Source: Candidatus Methanomethylicia archaeon
Lineage (GTDB): Archaea; Thermoproteota; Methanomethylicia; CALHIW01
Length of the DNA: 49,230 nucleotides
Reading direction: 5' to 3'
Assembly: GCA_038845975.1 (NCBI GenBank)
Contig: JAWBQF010000020.1
Coordinates: forward strand, 1 to 49,230
Shown here: positions 40,305 to 49,230 of the stretch, piece by piece
Position numbering within the stretch: position 1 is the stretch's first letter
Layout of the letters: every line of letters starts with the position of its first letter
The notes under the pieces: generated by a model
The model's database searches: none
The model's input: the letters and a program-made list of their open reading frames with translations, nothing else
Told to the model about the DNA's origin: nothing
Translations under genes and position numbers: made by a program

Positions 40305-41252
40305 TTAAATTACTCCCTCAACTACTACCTTGAATCTACAGCTTCTCGGCGGTAGTGATGGGCTATCTATTACTTCAGCTCTTCCCTCCTGTTCTTTAGA
40401 TATTCTATGTAGCCATATTCTATGAGTTGTTCCATGAGCTAATATATGTCCTCCCGTCGGTAGGTCTGATCCTCCCCATGGAGTTGGTGATGCTTGAACC
40501 TCGTTTGTTACTGCTATGTATGCTTTAAATATTTTCGCTATTCTTAAAAGCATATCAAGCATGTAGTTTAGAAGCTGCTGTCTCTCTGCTAGCTTCTCCC
40601 TACCAGTAAGCTGTGATCTAGCTTTAGCTATTATTGAATCTACAACTACTAGCTTAACGTTTTGATACGCACATATTTCAGCTATATCGTTTACCGCTAG
40701 TATCTGTTCTTCAAACGTTATTGGCTTCTTTACGATTATAGCGTCAAGTACTGATTCAATATCACATTCAAATCTTCCAGCTATAGCTTCAATTCTATCA
40801 GGTCTAAATGTTTCCTCAGTATCTATGTATACAGCTATCTTAGACTGCCCTCCACTCCATAGTGTTTTAAATGCTGTAACACATAGTTGATGACATATCT
40901 GTGTTTTACCTGCTTTTGCAGGTCCAGTAAATTCATAGATCGCTCTAGGCTCTAATCCCCCATCAAGCATTAAGTCTAAGCTATAACATCCAGTTGTAAG
41001 TCTTTTAGCTTCAACCATTATTTTCCTTAACTCCTTAGCAGTATATGTTGTATGTAGCCCAACAAATTCTTTAGCATTATAGATTATTTGTCTAGCTTCA
41101 GATTCACCAAATCCCTTATCTACTAATTCAAACGTATTCATTAATGCAAGAATATACGGTGATCTTATACCTACTTCAATAAGCTTCTCTGCTTTAGCTT
41201 CTCCTACTCCACGTATCTTCATAAGCTCTCTCCTTACATTATCCAAATCCAT
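40305..41252 (-). CDS. RadA/Rad51-family recombinase paralog, full length with HhH N-terminal domain
   Basis: It has IRGVGEAKAEKL, TTGC..LD.MLDGG, GPAKAGKTQICHQL, YIDTEETFRPDRI, VVDS, LAERQQLL and GGHILAH. Confidence 0.9.
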   Translation of the reverse strand: MDLDNVRRELMKIRGVGEAKAEKLIEVGIRSPYILALMNTFELVDKGFGESEARQIIYNAKEFVGLHTTYTAKELRKIMVEAKRLTTGCYSLDLMLDGGLEPRAIYEFTGPAKAGKTQICHQLCVTAFKTLWSGGQSKIAVYIDTEETFRPDRIEAIAGRFECDIESVLDAIIVKKPITFEEQILAVNDIAEICAYQNVKLVVVDSIIAKARSQLTGREKLAERQQLLNYMLDMLLRIAKIFKAYIAVTNEVQASPTPWGGSDLPTGGHILAHGTTHRIWLHRISKEQEGRAEVIDSPSLPPRSCRFKVVVEGVI

Positions 41253-41255
41253 TAT

Positions 41256-41612
41256 TCATCCCTCTTTAAGCCTCATAATTATAAGCTCTAAATCTGCCTT
41301 TACAGCTCCAAGCTTTGATAAAGCCCATAATATAGGTTTACTTTGTTGCTCCTGTGTTGCTCTAATAATACAGTTAACTGTTGCCTCAGCAAACTCCCTC
41401 CACTTCTCAGCAGATATATCTGCTTCAAAAATTGTTTTCCTCAACTCTAATGATCTTTTAGGAGTTAATACTATTGATATCCTAACGTTGCCTTTAAACA
41501 CTGAGAAAAATAGATGGATCCATCCCTTCTCAATAGGTTTTAACGGTATACTTACTTTTAAAGGTCCATGATACTTAACGTCTCCAATAGATTTACCTAC
41601 GTTAAAAGCCAT
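41256..41612 (-). CDS. Hypothetical protein
   Basis: This 118-aa ORF has 3-4 bp spacing to both neighbours and an SD-like GGGGTGA upstream. Confidence 0.7.
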   Translation of the reverse strand: MAFNVGKSIGDVKYHGPLKVSIPLKPIEKGWIHLFFSVFKGNVRISIVLTPKRSLELRKTIFEADISAEKWREFAEATVNCIIRATQEQQSKPILWALSKLGAVKADLELIIMRLKEG

Positions 41613-41616
41613 ATCT

Positions 41617-42849
41617 TCACCCCCTCCTATCTGAACCGTCTACCAAGTCTCTAGGTGGAGTAGATTTATAATCGTCAAGCAATTTAAAACCGGAAGACGT
41701 AATTCTATAGTAGTATCTATAGTCTTTCCCAATTTCGTTTTTAATTAGATTATAGGCTGAAAGCTTCTCGATAAGTTTTACAGCTTCATCACTTCTCAAT
41801 CCCCTATCATACATTATAAATGTTATTAGTGAATCTCTAGTTAATGCTCCATTACTTAATACTTCAAGAACTGCAATAGCATCTCCAGTTCTCTCTCCAA
41901 ACAGTCTTGAAATTGCTGTAGTATGTTCCTCTATAGTTTCTTTAGGCAGTGGTCCAATCACATCTTCAACATTAAGTTTTTCAATAACTATTCTAGATAT
42001 GTTTTTCAAGTTGATACTATATAGGCTTCCACTATTGAATTTAACATCAACTACTGAAACTTCTTCTCCACTAGTTAATTTAATGTTTTCCCTATCTACT
42101 CCAAGCTCTTCAAGAAATCTTAGGGTTTCAGAGTTTATATTTGATATTAATATTTCCTTAAAGTCCTCAATTATGTATTTAGCAGTTTTAATGCTTGATG
42201 ATGATAATACAATATTTCTCTCTTGAATTCTACTTCTAAATTCACTTTTAAAGTAGGGGTTTACAAGTATTGGTTCCAGTAGGGATGAATCATCAACAAC
42301 TATAGCTTCTCTAAATCTTCTCATTAGAGATAGGAGTACTAGTATCTTATGGCTGATTGATGGTAGTAGGGATAAATCTATAAGATTAAAACATGTTTTA
42401 GGTATGTTCTCTTTATTTAAGGCTTTACCTGTAATCCCTATTCTTAATGAGTTTAGGAATGATAATAGTAGATTTATTCGTATTCCTCCAGTGGTTGCTC
42501 CCCCATATTCTGTAATGTTGTCAATTATTGACTGTATATCTATGTTATTTCTAGTATATGACTGGTATAGTGCTTCATGTAAAGCTTTAAACTCTAAATC
42601 TCCAATATTTAATGCTAGCTTGAAATCTAAAGCTAAACTATAACATTCATCAATGTTTTCAACCCTAAATATGTTTATTGAAGCATTATGTCCAAGTCTT
42701 AGAAGCCTTAAATCCATGTTGTATCTATGTAGAGTGTAGAGTTTTCCATTAAGATCTATGATTGAATAGCTATCTAGATTCTTTAATATATGCCATATAA
42801 TACTTAAACGTTCCTCTAATCCTCCAATACAGAGGATAATGTTCTCCAT
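41617..42849 (-). CDS. HerA/VirB4 (DUF87)-like protein with degenerate Walker A and C-terminal wHTH
   Basis: NIILCIGGLEER lacks GKT. It also has IIDLNGK, INIF, LIDLS, IVVDD and a C-terminal KLSAYNLIK...YYRITSSG. Confidence 0.6.
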   Translation of the reverse strand: MENIILCIGGLEERLSIIWHILKNLDSYSIIDLNGKLYTLHRYNMDLRLLRLGHNASINIFRVENIDECYSLALDFKLALNIGDLEFKALHEALYQSYTRNNIDIQSIIDNITEYGGATTGGIRINLLLSFLNSLRIGITGKALNKENIPKTCFNLIDLSLLPSISHKILVLLSLMRRFREAIVVDDSSLLEPILVNPYFKSEFRSRIQERNIVLSSSSIKTAKYIIEDFKEILISNINSETLRFLEELGVDRENIKLTSGEEVSVVDVKFNSGSLYSINLKNISRIVIEKLNVEDVIGPLPKETIEEHTTAISRLFGERTGDAIAVLEVLSNGALTRDSLITFIMYDRGLRSDEAVKLIEKLSAYNLIKNEIGKDYRYYYRITSSGFKLLDDYKSTPPRDLVDGSDRRG

Positions 42850-43457
42850 TATGTAAACACCTCTTTAAAGAGTATAGGGATTTCGGAAGCTTTAAGGATC
42901 TTAAATCCTGAATTAAACGATGATGTAATTCCTAATCCAGCAGCAACCTCGCTTACAACCTCATCGATAGTTTTACGTTTCAACAATCCACATGGTAAAG
43001 TATCTCTTGAACTTTTAACAATATTGAAAATCTTTAACTCATTACTTTCCGGATTTGTTGAAATTATAATTTGTCCTCTAATACTCATTCTTAACATATC
43101 ATTAATTAAAGCCCCAATATGATCTAATCTATCTCTAGGTAATTGAAGCATTAAAACGCCAATACCTACAATATTAAAGAAGCCATATCTAATAACTACA
43201 TACGGTAAATCCTTACTTACACCTATAAATTCAAGCCTAGCATTATCGATAATGTTTAATCTATTAATATCTATATGCTTTAAAATAGGAATTATAAGCT
43301 TTGAAGATTTATTTTTAGAACTCCGCCATTTAATTCTAGGAATTCTCTTAATTACTACATATACTACATATGGTAGTATAAGTATTATACCTACCCATCT
43401 AAGCATAAGGATTAGTGTAATGATTAGGATTAGCATTATAATATTCATTGCTCTCAA
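42849..43457 (-). CDS. Hypothetical membrane protein
   Basis: An N-terminal hydrophobic hairpin is followed by a basic stretch. The gene overlaps the next one by 1 bp. Confidence 0.7.
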   Translation of the reverse strand: MRAMNIIMLILIITLILMLRWVGIILILPYVVYVVIKRIPRIKWRSSKNKSSKLIIPILKHIDINRLNIIDNARLEFIGVSKDLPYVVIRYGFFNIVGIGVLMLQLPRDRLDHIGALINDMLRMSIRGQIIISTNPESNELKIFNIVKSSRDTLPCGLLKRKTIDEVVSEVAAGLGITSSFNSGFKILKASEIPILFKEVFT

Positions 43458-43475
43458 GGGATTAGATTAAAGCTC

Positions 43476-43573
43476 TCATAAAGCCCTTTCTGAAACAATT
43501 ACTCCTAAATAATGAAACTTCTAGATTAAAATATTGAAACTAAAGGTTTCATGTAGTGGTTTTCAATGTTTTC
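43476..43573 (-). promoter_or_regulatory. Putative promoter/operator array of the RadA-paralog operon
   Basis: TGAAAC occurs at 43491, 43513 and 43535 (22-bp period), and TGAAAC-N5-GTTTCA forms a palindrome at 43535-43551. On the minus strand, GAAAGGGC-TTTATGA is a candidate BRE/TATA. Confidence 0.55.
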
Positions 43574-43903
43574 TAGGACGTAACAACTTCAAACTTTATG
43601 AAAACCTTACTGTTTAGGTCAACCATCAAATCCACTAAAGTTTCAGATAGGTTAATAGAGCCTTATGAATTTAATCATGTTACTATTTCCTAAAGTCTCA
43701 ACTTAAGATTTAAGTCAACAGTTACTTGTAAATACTAGATCTATTCTAGCTGCTAATTATGAACCTATCATTAACCCAATGTTTTCATATCTAAAGTTGT
43801 TAAATCAGTTTCTGAATAGACTAGGTTTTATAGATTTTTACTTCAATATGATTGATACTTGAAGCTGCTAGTAATGCTGTAGCCTTTAAGAGTTAAATAT
43901 CAA

Positions 43904-44650
43904 CTATACACTCCATATTTGCTTAAGCCAGGAGTCTATGATATTGATTGTTTCATGATGTATTCTTAGTTTATGTGTTGCATTAGGTATTATCTTTAGC
44001 TTCTTAGGCTCCCCCGCCTTCCTGAATAGTGTTATAGCATGTTTTACTGGAATTAATTCATCTTTTCCACCATGAATTATTAGTAGTGGTCTAGGCGAAA
44101 TCTTATCAATCCATTTTATAGGCTCCATTTCTCTTAGCTTTTCAATTAAGCTATTCATATCCATATTTTCAATTCCCCTTAATGTTCCATGTTTCCTTGC
44201 ATGTTCAAATATGCTTCTAAATAGAGTATTATTGATTATTGCTGGGCATGCTCCTAGAATTAATGCCTTAATTCTACCATCATGAACTGCATGGTTGAGA
44301 GCAATTATAGCTCCACCACTAAATCCTACTATGCATAGCTTACTTGTATCAGTAAAGTTTTGGCTATATGTGAAGTCTACAATTCCCTTTAAGTCATTCA
44401 GCCATAAGCTATAGTTAAATTTACCTCCACTTTCACCTACACCCCTAAAGTTAAAGAAAATGGATGCATATCCTCTAATTGATAGATTCTCAACAATTTC
44501 AACATATCCTCTATCTCCAGGAGTTCTAGGGCCTGCAGGTATACCATGACAAATAATTATCGTAGGGTATTTACCGTTTCTCCTAGGTAATGCTATGTAG
44601 GCTGCTATATCTACATCTAGTCTTAAAATATGTTTTTCAATGATAGCCAT
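43904..44650 (-). CDS. Alpha/beta hydrolase
   Basis: It has HG, FNFRGVGESGG, the GFSGG nucleophile elbow, HGGKDELI and ATH. Confidence 0.9.
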   Translation of the reverse strand: MAIIEKHILRLDVDIAAYIALPRRNGKYPTIIICHGIPAGPRTPGDRGYVEIVENLSIRGYASIFFNFRGVGESGGKFNYSLWLNDLKGIVDFTYSQNFTDTSKLCIVGFSGGAIIALNHAVHDGRIKALILGACPAIINNTLFRSIFEHARKHGTLRGIENMDMNSLIEKLREMEPIKWIDKISPRPLLIIHGGKDELIPVKHAITLFRKAGEPKKLKIIPNATHKLRIHHETINIIDSWLKQIWSV

Positions 44651-44716
44651 AGTAAACCTAATTAATACGAATATAAATACTAGCCGGTAGAGTTATGTTG
44701 TAATACTGGTGGTGAT

Positions 44717-45286
44717 GTGTTTAAATATGAGGAATACGTAATTAACATAGTAGGTATTAAATGTAAACCCTTCCAATCAGTTGATGAAATAAATTCTCTC
44801 CTATCAAATATTGAGAAGATATCTACAAGTAGAAACGTTACTGTTCAGCTGCTTGATGCACATTATGTTGCAGGTCGAAAACATGCTCTTTTCTCAGTAT
44901 TATTTGCATTAGATACATTAAGACACGGTAGAAAACATACTGAAAAGCTAGGTATGGAGATACTAGTTTATGCTTCGATACAGAAGCAGATAAGTACAGC
45001 TATAAGAACAGTAGGAGTTAAGGTAGGTATATCTGAAATCATAGCTATACTTATTGGTAAAGATGAAGAAAGCGTTAATACTGTTCTAAGTCAAACCATG
45101 ATGATGCTTAGCGGTGTTCAAGATGATAGTGTATTAGAGGTTAGTGAGAGTAAGGTTATGGAGTTAATAAGCATCTATAATGTAAGCCTTAAAGAGTATG
45201 AAATTGTAAAGTCAATAAGTAGGGATCCTGAGGATGCTTTAGTAAAGATATTGATAAATAGAATGGCTCTACTACCATATACTTAA
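44717..45286 (+). CDS. cgi121: KEOPS complex subunit Cgi121
   Basis: It has QLLDA..VAG..H and MEILVYAS.QKQIS.AI..VGVK. Confidence 0.88.
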   Translation: MFKYEEYVINIVGIKCKPFQSVDEINSLLSNIEKISTSRNVTVQLLDAHYVAGRKHALFSVLFALDTLRHGRKHTEKLGMEILVYASIQKQISTAIRTVGVKVGISEIIAILIGKDEESVNTVLSQTMMMLSGVQDDSVLEVSESKVMELISIYNVSLKEYEIVKSISRDPEDALVKILINRMALLPYT

Positions 45287-45455
45287 TTTCAATATAGAGC
45301 AATACTTCATCGTATATAGAATCTAGAATTTTAGTTTGAAGTTTACGAGTAACTAGATAGTTTATCTACTTATCTTCATTTTAACTCGTAGACTATGTAG
45401 CGTAAAATTCTTAGCTATGGAATTTAATGCTTAGCGTATATTGTAAGGTGGAAGT

Positions 45456-46949
45456 TTGGCTAGAAATGGAATTAGGCTTCGATATTCAGGCTTCATTATA
45501 TTTATAGCTAGATTGTTAAGTCTAGCTACTGGCTTAATCTTCCAGTACATGGTGGCTAGAGGAACAACCAGTCATGATTATGGTGTATGGTTTAACATGA
45601 ATGATGTCTTAGCTTATTTTACAATGTTTGCTGGGGTTTTGCCATTCTGGATTATGCGTTTTACAGCAAGAGCTGAAAGAGGAGCTGGGAAAACAGGTAT
45701 ATTAGCAAATTTACTGATATCTATAGTTGCATTCATTATTTACATTGTATCTACTCCATTTATAACGTTGAGGCTCGGTGTTTCTGAATATATTCATCTA
45801 TACATGCTTATCTCTATTCAGATCGTGGAGTTCCATCTACTTAATGTATTTGAAGCATGTCTAAGAGCTAAGAAACCTCAAGCATTAGGATATGGATTAC
45901 TTATCGGGGAGATTTTTAAGGTGGTTTTAGGATTTATACTTATAGTTATTCTTCAAAAATCTCTTGAAGGAGTTATAGTAAGCCTAACTATAGCTATAGC
46001 TGCTCAGTGTATTTACTATTTTAAGCTACTTATAGATGACTTAAGACAGGAGCTTAACTGGATTTACGTAAGGGAATGGATGAAAGCTTCAATTGTAAAC
46101 ATCTATAGTATTATAGGTAACCAAGTAGCATCATACATATTTATAATGCTATTTACATATGGTGGTGAAGTTGCTAGAGGATATTATGGTGCAGCTGCTC
46201 AAATAGCAAACATAATAACTTACTCTTCATTTCTAGCTTTCGCTCTATATCCGAAGCTAATTTCTGGAGGAGGATATGAGGATATAGTAGTATCGTTGAA
46301 AACTGTTTTAATGTTTGCAATACCTATGACTGTAGGAGCATTAACACTTCCAGATCTATACATTACAATTTTAAAGCCTGAGTATAGAGATGGATTTATA
46401 GTACTTATTGTATTAGCTATTGACGCTCTTATAGCAACCTTATCCACTCTTTTCACCTCCATACTTTATGGGCTTGAAAAACTTGATGAAAAGGCGAAAA
46501 TACCATTTAAAGAACTTATTAGAAGCCGGGTCTTTACTGTTTTCTCCCTACCATATATCCATTCAGCTATAGCTTTACCAGTAGCCTTTTACCTCCTAAC
46601 CTATACCCGGAATAATCCCTTACAATCAGCACTCTATATAAGCATGGTTAATTTAGCTGCTCGTATTGTTACATTTCTTATACTGTATGTTTTAACTTGT
46701 AAAATGATTAGGATTGTAACCCCATGGAAAAATATAGTAAAATATGTTTTCACATCGATTACTATGGCTTTCCTTCTTCATTTAATCCGTGAAATATTGA
46801 ATCCAAGTAGAGTTTATGCTATTATTAGCATATCAATACTTGGCGGAGTATTCTACCTCATAATGCTAGCAGTAATAGATATTGAAGTGAGAGAACTAGC
46901 TGAATCAGCATGGAGGATAATAAAATCCAACTTTAAATTTGAGGTTTAA
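45456..46949 (+). CDS. MOP-superfamily flippase / polysaccharide export membrane protein
   Basis: It has many TM segments and GYYGAA, ALYPKL and MFAIP motifs. Confidence 0.75.
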   Translation: MARNGIRLRYSGFIIFIARLLSLATGLIFQYMVARGTTSHDYGVWFNMNDVLAYFTMFAGVLPFWIMRFTARAERGAGKTGILANLLISIVAFIIYIVSTPFITLRLGVSEYIHLYMLISIQIVEFHLLNVFEACLRAKKPQALGYGLLIGEIFKVVLGFILIVILQKSLEGVIVSLTIAIAAQCIYYFKLLIDDLRQELNWIYVREWMKASIVNIYSIIGNQVASYIFIMLFTYGGEVARGYYGAAAQIANIITYSSFLAFALYPKLISGGGYEDIVVSLKTVLMFAIPMTVGALTLPDLYITILKPEYRDGFIVLIVLAIDALIATLSTLFTSILYGLEKLDEKAKIPFKELIRSRVFTVFSLPYIHSAIALPVAFYLLTYTRNNPLQSALYISMVNLAARIVTFLILYVLTCKMIRIVTPWKNIVKYVFTSITMAFLLHLIREILNPSRVYAIISISILGGVFYLIMLAVIDIEVRELAESAWRIIKSNFKFEV

Positions 46950-47657
46950 ATGTTTTCTCATGATGAAGCTATAAACATTAACTCCTATGTCTCGGCTTTG
47001 TGAACTTTAGATATGAAAAGTACATGTAATTGATAGCTTAAATTCACAATGCGAATACTTCATAAGTTATCCTTAACAGCTATAATTTACATTGTAAATT
47101 TGAGTAATAGGCCTATTTCAAGCTAGTACATAATCTTATTTATATTTGCTGAGTAATCCTCATGAAATAGAATCTTCAAATTTAGATTTATGAGAACTAG
47201 TTTATGCTATTGATTCTATTAATAATTTTAAATTGTTGGCTATGTAAACTTTAGATTAGAGTGTATTTAATGGTTTAGTTAACAAGGCGTGATGTTACTG
47301 ATTTAAGTATTTAGTAATTGAATTACCATTTATTCCGAGATTACTTTAAAGTAGCTTCACGTAGACTTTAATTTCCATTACGTAGTTTAAAGATGGATTT
47401 AATGCTTGATGGATACTAAATGAGCTTAAACATTGTTGATCTTTGAAGGAGTATAGGATAATAAAAATCAAGGTTGATGATACTAGTATAGAAAATGTTG
47501 AAGGAGAATATCTACTAATAACTGTATATTCTAGAATTATAGGATATAGCTTCCAAAGTCTAGATTAACTGGTACTCTATTAACATGTGAGTTAATGTAT
47601 AGCTAATCTAATTAGTTAGCTTAAAATTTATTAGGTTAATCCACTATAATTACTTGT

Positions 47658-47882
47658 ATGTGGGAGAGGCTGTTTACAGTTACTGGCATAATTTTCATAG
47701 TGATCGGTATTACTTTAATAATTACTCCATTAATTGCTAAATCCATTCCATCAGCTAAACTTGAAAGTATTCCATGGTTTATACTCTATATTTATCGTAG
47801 TGATGGTTTCTTCTTCGCTACATCGCCAATACTGGTAGTATTTGCTATTATATACTTAGCTATTACTATTTTAAGGCATTAA
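47658..47882 (+). CDS. Small membrane protein
   Basis: It has two hydrophobic helices and FFATSPIL, with a TATA-like TTTTATTA upstream. Confidence 0.65.
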   Translation: MWERLFTVTGIIFIVIGITLIITPLIAKSIPSAKLESIPWFILYIYRSDGFFFATSPILVVFAIIYLAITILRH

Positions 47883-47892
47883 TTAAAATATA

Positions 47893-48684
47893 TTATACTG
47901 TTACATAGTCTTCTACATAGTATCCCTTAGGAAATGCTTTCGGATATGCTGTTTTAGATGTTTGTACTAGTATTCCATAGTATAGAGTTGGATATCTATA
48001 TCCAACTTCATGAAGCTTCTTTAAACCCTCAATTAAATCATTGATCTTATTTATTGGTATTGAAAATACGATCTCATCAAATTGGCTATGTCCAAATCTT
48101 CTATCCCCATAGCATGGCAGGGTTATATGGGCTTTCCCCGTTATTATAGGGTAAGCTATATAGTCTGCACATGCATACTCGCCGATGGATGAGAATTCCA
48201 GTCTTTCACCATTTCCCCATGTTAATGAATGAATTAAGCGGTTTATTTGAGCACTATTTCCATAGATTAATATTATGTCTGGATCAAAGTATAGCTCATG
48301 GATTGGTCCCGCTTCAAAACCCTCATATCTATCCTTAACCCTATACATGTTTTTAAAAGCTTTCTCTCCTGCCTCCATTGTTTTATAGGCTCCCCCCTCA
48401 TACGCTACTTTCCCATTCTTAATATCAGATGGAGGATCTATTAGTCCAAGAGCTATAGCTCCATATATGCACGTCATATCACTTATGGAGGCAACTATAT
48501 TCCAGCCATAAATACGTGATAATCCTATAACTTGACATACCGATAGCTTAACTCTAGGTTTTCTAATTCTAACATCTTCTTTAATCTCCCTTATACTCCT
48601 TAAAAGCTTAACCCCAACGGGATATGTTGAAAGTTTCAAATATTCATTTAGGGATTTATAAATATCATTCCACATAATCATCAT
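47893..48684 (-). CDS. DUF169 family protein
   Basis: It has PVGVKL, CQ...R..G, C..GA.ALG and PCYGDR. Confidence 0.9.
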   Translation of the reverse strand: MMIMWNDIYKSLNEYLKLSTYPVGVKLLRSIREIKEDVRIRKPRVKLSVCQVIGLSRIYGWNIVASISDMTCIYGAIALGLIDPPSDIKNGKVAYEGGAYKTMEAGEKAFKNMYRVKDRYEGFEAGPIHELYFDPDIILIYGNSAQINRLIHSLTWGNGERLEFSSIGEYACADYIAYPIITGKAHITLPCYGDRRFGHSQFDEIVFSIPINKINDLIEGLKKLHEVGYRYPTLYYGILVQTSKTAYPKAFPKGYYVEDYVTV

Positions 48685-49122
48685 CTAGTCATTAGTCCAG
48701 TTTCTTTTATATTTTCTGTTCGCTCTTTAATAAGATTTTTATGGTTAGTTTTCTGATGTTTTCTTATGGTATTCTTAATTTTCTTTCAAGTGGAAAGATT
48801 ATAGATTGTTTAGGAGTGTTAGACAGGTTAATGATGTTTGTTATCCTAAATGGATTTCTTTTACATACTTCATTAAGAGGCGAAATTAATGAATATATTC
48901 TCTTCTTAATAAATCTAATAACCATACTGACACCATAAATAAGGAGGGAAATAAAGTAAAACTGAAGCTCGCAAACCTCTAGTAATAGAAAAATTAATAA
49001 CTAGAAATTAGAATATTGGTTAGGGTGAAGTGTCTGATTTGAAGTATACTTTGATTTATAGTTGTGTGAGATTTCTGAGTAAAGTTTATAAGCTTAGGTA
49101 AAATTGCCTATTAGTGATGTTT

Positions 49123-49230
49123 ATGCAATCTATTAAAAAACCCTGTAGGATTGGTTTGATTGAGGTTTATACTGGTGAGGGTAGAGGTAAAACTACAGCT
49201 GCTTTCGGTTTAGCTCTTCGCGCGGTTGGA
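49123..49230 (+). CDS. cobO: Cob(I)alamin adenosyltransferase CobO/BtuR, N-terminus only (runs off the window)
   Basis: It reads MQSIKKPCRIGLIEVYTGEGRGKTTAAFGLALRAVG. Confidence 0.88.
   Translation, partial: MQSIKKPCRIGLIEVYTGEGRGKTTAAFGLALRAVG

Noticed and set aside
6099-46462. Shadow ORFs inside larger genes (e.g. 6099, 7804, 9333, 10538, 12801, 15202, 18433, 19498, 21619, 23455, 24488, 25219, 31971, 32340, 34227, 34464, 34499, 35557, 41999, 42404, 43252, 46220)
   Set aside because: They are antisense or alternate-frame readings of well-supported genes and carry no motifs.
46958-47010. Possible C/D box sRNA (ATGATGA)
   Set aside because: No properly spaced CTGA D box follows. The same holds for TGATGA near 4120 and 6938.
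48741-48938. 65-aa ORF
   Set aside because: It has no recognisable motif, and competing short ORFs exist on both strands.
1-49230. tRNA, rRNA, multi-unit CRISPR array, provirus or integrase
   Set aside because: I saw no GC-rich structured RNA island, multi-repeat array or integrase/capsid motif.

Overview
This is an AT-rich archaeal chromosome segment, probably from a TACK/Thermoproteota-type organism (inferred from DGGGP synthase, an ESCRT-III/CdvB paralog, L35Ae, PolB3, archaeal ThrRS, Cgi121 and a WOR5-type tungsten oxidoreductase). The first ~5.5 kb is a decaying accessory/glycosylation region. It holds a frameshifted IS5 that truncates an asparagine-synthase-like gene, a degenerate IS6 with intact 15-bp terminal inverted repeats and an 8-bp target duplication, a frameshifted GT4 glycosyltransferase and an eroded HEPN-MNT pair. 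The rest is mostly housekeeping genes separated by long AT-rich gaps. The best candidate for an undescribed system is a tight six-gene minus-strand operon at 39543-43457: membrane protein, Walker-A-degenerate HerA/VirB4-like protein with a wHTH, small unknown protein, divergent full-length RadA paralog, SWIM Zn-finger protein and a degenerate RecA-fold protein. Its upstream region carries TGAAAC hexamers repeated at an exact 22-bp period. The operon resembles a regulated, membrane-linked recombination-mediator module, possibly analogous to the eukaryotic Shu complex. Other notable items are a PolB3 with intact polymerase motifs but degenerate proofreading motifs, a 28-bp direct repeat with a 34-bp spacer, an orphan wHTH protein with a PIP-like tail and a LipS1-type radical SAM enzyme. 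All family calls come from motif recognition by eye; no database searches were run.
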